A stretch of DNA of 64,000 nt from the human T2T-CHM13v2.0 reference genome, Homo sapiens. The position numbers and the translations under genes are program-made. Numbering within the stretch: the stretch's first letter is position 1; the number at the start of each line of letters is the position of its first letter. A model generated the notes under the pieces. The model saw only the letters and a program-made list of their open reading frames with translations, was not told the DNA's origin and ran no database searches. Where the stretch lies: the NCBI RefSeq assembly GCF_009914755.1, contig NC_060931.1. One strand, 5' to 3'. Below, piece after piece: positions 61,001-64,000 of this stretch.

Positions 61001-64000
61001 GCAAGTGGATATATGGACCGCATTGAGGCCTTCGTTGGAAACGGGATTTCTTCATTTCATGCTAGACAGAAGAATTCTCAGTAACTTCTTTGTGCTGTGT
61101 GTATTCAACTGACAGAGTGGAACGTCCCTTTGCACAGAGCAGATTTGAAACACTCTTTTTGTGGAGTTTGCAAGTGGAGATTTCAAGCAATTTGATGCCA
61201 ACAGTAGAAAAGGAAATATCTTCAAATAAAAACTAGACAGAATCATTCTCAGAAACTACTTTGTGATGTGTGCCTTCAACTCACAGAGTTTAACCTTTCT
61301 TTTCTCAGAGCAGTTTAGAAACACTCTGCTTGTTATGTCTGCAAGTGGATATTTGGACCTCTTTGAGGCCTTCGTTGCAAACGGGGTTTCTTCCTTTCAT
61401 GCTAGACTAAGAAGAGTTCTCAGTAACTTTTTTGTGTTGTGTGTATTCAACTCACAGAGTTGAACCTTGCTTTAGAGAGAGCAGATTTGAAACACTCTTG
61501 CTGTGGCATTTTCAGCTGGAGATTTCAAGCGACTTGAGGACAATTGCAGAAAAGGAAATATCTTCGTATAATAACCAGACAGAATCATTCTCAGAAAGTG
61601 CTTTGTGATGTGTGCATTCAACTCACAGAGTTTAACCTTTCTTTTCATAGAGGAGTTTGGAAACACACTGTTTGTAAAGACTGCAAGTGGATATATGGAC
61701 CTGTTTGAGGCCTTCGTTGGAAACGGGATTTCTTCATTGAATGCTAGACGGAAGAATTCTCAGTAAATTCTTTGTGTTGTGTGCATTCAACTCACAGAGT
61801 GGAACGTCCCTTTAGACAGAGCAGATTTGAAACACTCTTTTTGCGGAATTTGCAAGTGGAGATTTCTAGCCATTTGATGCCAACAGTAGAAAGGGAAATA
61901 TCTTCAAATAAAAACCAGACAGAATCATTCTCAGAAAATTCTTTGTGATGTGTGCGTTCAACTCACATAGTTTAACCTTTCTTTTCATAGAGCAGTTTGG
62001 AAACACTCTGTTTGTAAAGTCTGCAAGTGGATATATGGACCGCATTGAGGCCTTCGTTGGAAACGGGATTTCTTCATTTCATGCTAGACAGAAGAATTCT
62101 CAGTAACTTCTTTGTGCTGTGTGTATTCACCTCACAGAGTGGAACGTCCCTTTGCACAGAGCAGATTTGAAACACTCTTTTTGTGGAGTTTGCAAGTGGA
62201 GATTTCAAGCGATTTGATGCCAACAGTAGAAAAGTAAATATCTTCAAATAAAAACTAGACAGAATCATTCTCAGAAACTACTTTGTGATGTGTGCCTTCA
62301 ACTCACAGAGTTCAACCTTTCTTTTCTTAGAGCAGTTTAGAAACACTCTGCTTGTTATGTCTGCAAGTGGATATTTGGACCTCTTTGAGGCCTTCGTTGC
62401 AAACGGCGTTTCTTCCTTTCATGCTAGACTAAGAAGAGTTCTCAGTAACTTTTTTGTGTTGTGTGTATTCAACTCACAGAGTTGAACCTTGCTTTAGAGA
62501 GAGCAGATTTGAAACACTCTTGCTGTGGCATTTTCAGGTGGAGATTTCAAGCGATTTGAGGACAATTGCAGAAAAGGAAATATCTTCGTATAATAACCAG
62601 ACAGAATCATTCTCAGAAAGTGCTTTGTGATGTGTGCGTTCAACTCACAGAGTTTAACCTTTCTTTTCATAGAGGAGTTTGGAAACACACTGTTTGTAAA
62701 GTCTGCAAGTGGATACATGGACCTGTTTGAGGCCTTCGTTGGAAACGGGATTTCTTCATTGAATGCTAGACGGAAGAATTCTCAGTAAATTCTTTGTGTT
62801 GTGTGCATTCAACTCACAGAGTGGAACGTCCCTTTAGACAGAGCAGATTTGAAACACTCTTTTTGCGGAATTTGCAAGTGGAGATTTCTAGCCATTTGAT
62901 GCCAACAGTAGAAAGGGAAATATCTTCAAATAAAAACCAGACAGAATCATTCTCAGAAAATTCTTTGTGATGTGTGCGTTCAACTCACATAGTTTAACCT
63001 TTCTTTTCATAGAGCAGTTTGGAAACACTCTGTTTGTAAAGTCTGCAAGTGGATATATGGACCGCATTGAGGCCTTCGTTGGAAACGGGATTTCTTCATT
63101 TCATGCTAGACAGAAGAATTCTCAGTAACTTCTTTGTGCCGTGTGTATTCAACTCACAGAGTGGAACGTCCCTTTGCACAGAGCAGATTTGAAACACTCT
63201 TTTTGTGGAGTTTGCAAGTGGAGATTTCAAGCGATTTGATGCCAACAGTAGAAAAGGAAATATCTTCAAATAAAAACTAGACAGAATCATTCTCAGAAAC
63301 TACTTTGTGATGTGTGCCTTCAACTCACAGAGTTCAACCTTTCTTTTCTTAGAGCAGTTTAGAAACACTCTGCTTGTTATGTCTGCAAGTGGATATTTGG
63401 ACCTCTTTGAGGCCTTCGTTGCAAACGGGGTTTCTTCCTTTCATGCTAGACTAAGAAGAGTTCTCAGTAACTTTTTTGTGTTGTGTGTATTCAACTCACA
63501 GAGTTGAACCTTGCTTTAGAGAGAGCAGATTTGAAACACTCTTGCTGTGGCATTTTCAGGTGGAGATTTCAAGCGATTTGAGGACAATTGCAGAAAAGGA
63601 AATATCTTCGTATAATAACCAGACAGAATCATTCTCAGAAAGTGCTTTGTGATGTGTGCGTTCAACTCACAGAGTTTAACCTTTCTTTTCATAGAGGAGT
63701 TTGGAAACACACTGTTTGTAAAGTCTGCAAGTGGATACATGGACCTGTTTGAGGCCTTCGTTGGAAACGGGATTTCTTCATTGAATGCTAGACGGAAGAA
63801 TTCTCAGTAAATTCTTTGTGTTGTGTGCATTCAACTCACAGAGTGGAACGTCCCTTTAGACAGAGCAGATTTGAAACACTCTTTTTGCGGAATTTGCAAG
63901 TGGAGATTTCTAGCCATTTGATGCCAACAGTAGAAAGGGAAATATCTTCAAATAAAAACCAGACAGAATCATTCTCAGAAAATTCTTTGTGATGTGTGCG

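Larger units (their letters stand above)
1..64000 (+). repeat. Centromeric alpha-satellite HOR array, 1022-bp 6-mer, dimeric suprachromosomal family 1; probably human chromosome 7 D7Z1
   Basis: Seen: ~170-bp monomers with alphoid motifs (cattctcagaaa..ctttgtgatgtgtg..ttcaactcacagagtttaacctttcttt, tttgaaacactc, tgcaagtgga) and an exact 1022-bp period (ORF-track starts 281, 1303, 2325...). CENP-B boxes are spaced 340/342/340. EcoRI sites at 90, 772 and 1112 give 682+340 bp fragments, and the third site is mutated to gagttc. Alpha-satellite identity is essentially certain; the D7Z1 assignment is recalled knowledge (about 0.85). Confidence 0.98.

Noticed and set aside
70-63740. About 185 short ORFs (64-74 aa) in three repeating families
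   Set aside because: They are chance open frames in satellite DNA. Most start at GTG/TTG-like codons, show no recognisable domain, repeat only because the DNA repeats, and are lost or extended by single SNPs (2194, 49047, gatat/gatac).
1-64000. CRISPR-like repeat-spacer array or novel prokaryotic system
   Set aside because: There are no unique spacers, since the entire unit repeats, and there are no cas or other genes. Known alpha-satellite organisation fully explains the sequence.
1-64000. Transposon (L1/Alu) insertion, inversion or array boundary
   Set aside because: The period arithmetic accounts for every base and all CENP-B boxes are on the same strand.
1-64000. Claim that this window is the kinetochore/CENP-A site
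   Set aside because: This is defined epigenetically and cannot be determined from sequence; it needs CENP-A mapping or methylation data.

Overview
The whole 64 kb window is a single, uninterrupted, same-orientation array of primate (almost certainly human) centromeric alpha-satellite. It has ~170-bp monomers arranged as three dimers (340+342+340 bp), forming an exact 1022-bp 6-monomer higher-order repeat (HOR) with a CENP-B box in every second monomer. The 6-mer length, the dimeric (suprachromosomal family 1) structure and the 340/682-bp EcoRI pattern fit the chromosome 7 active array D7Z1; that locus name is from recall, not from a search. There are 64 nominal HOR units, four of them shortened to 682-bp 4-mers that share one deletion junction. 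All ORFs are by-products of the repeat, and I found no genes, RNA genes, transposons, CRISPR arrays or inversions. I found no previously undescribed biological system. What is informative is the SNP pattern across HOR copies: a seemingly perfect 6814-bp tandem duplication, an ~8.8-kb block repeated 36454 bp away, older 9198-bp and 3066-bp periodicities, recombinant haplotypes, one broken CENP-B box and a more diverged patch at 58-62 kb. SNP positions were read by eye, so some may have been missed.
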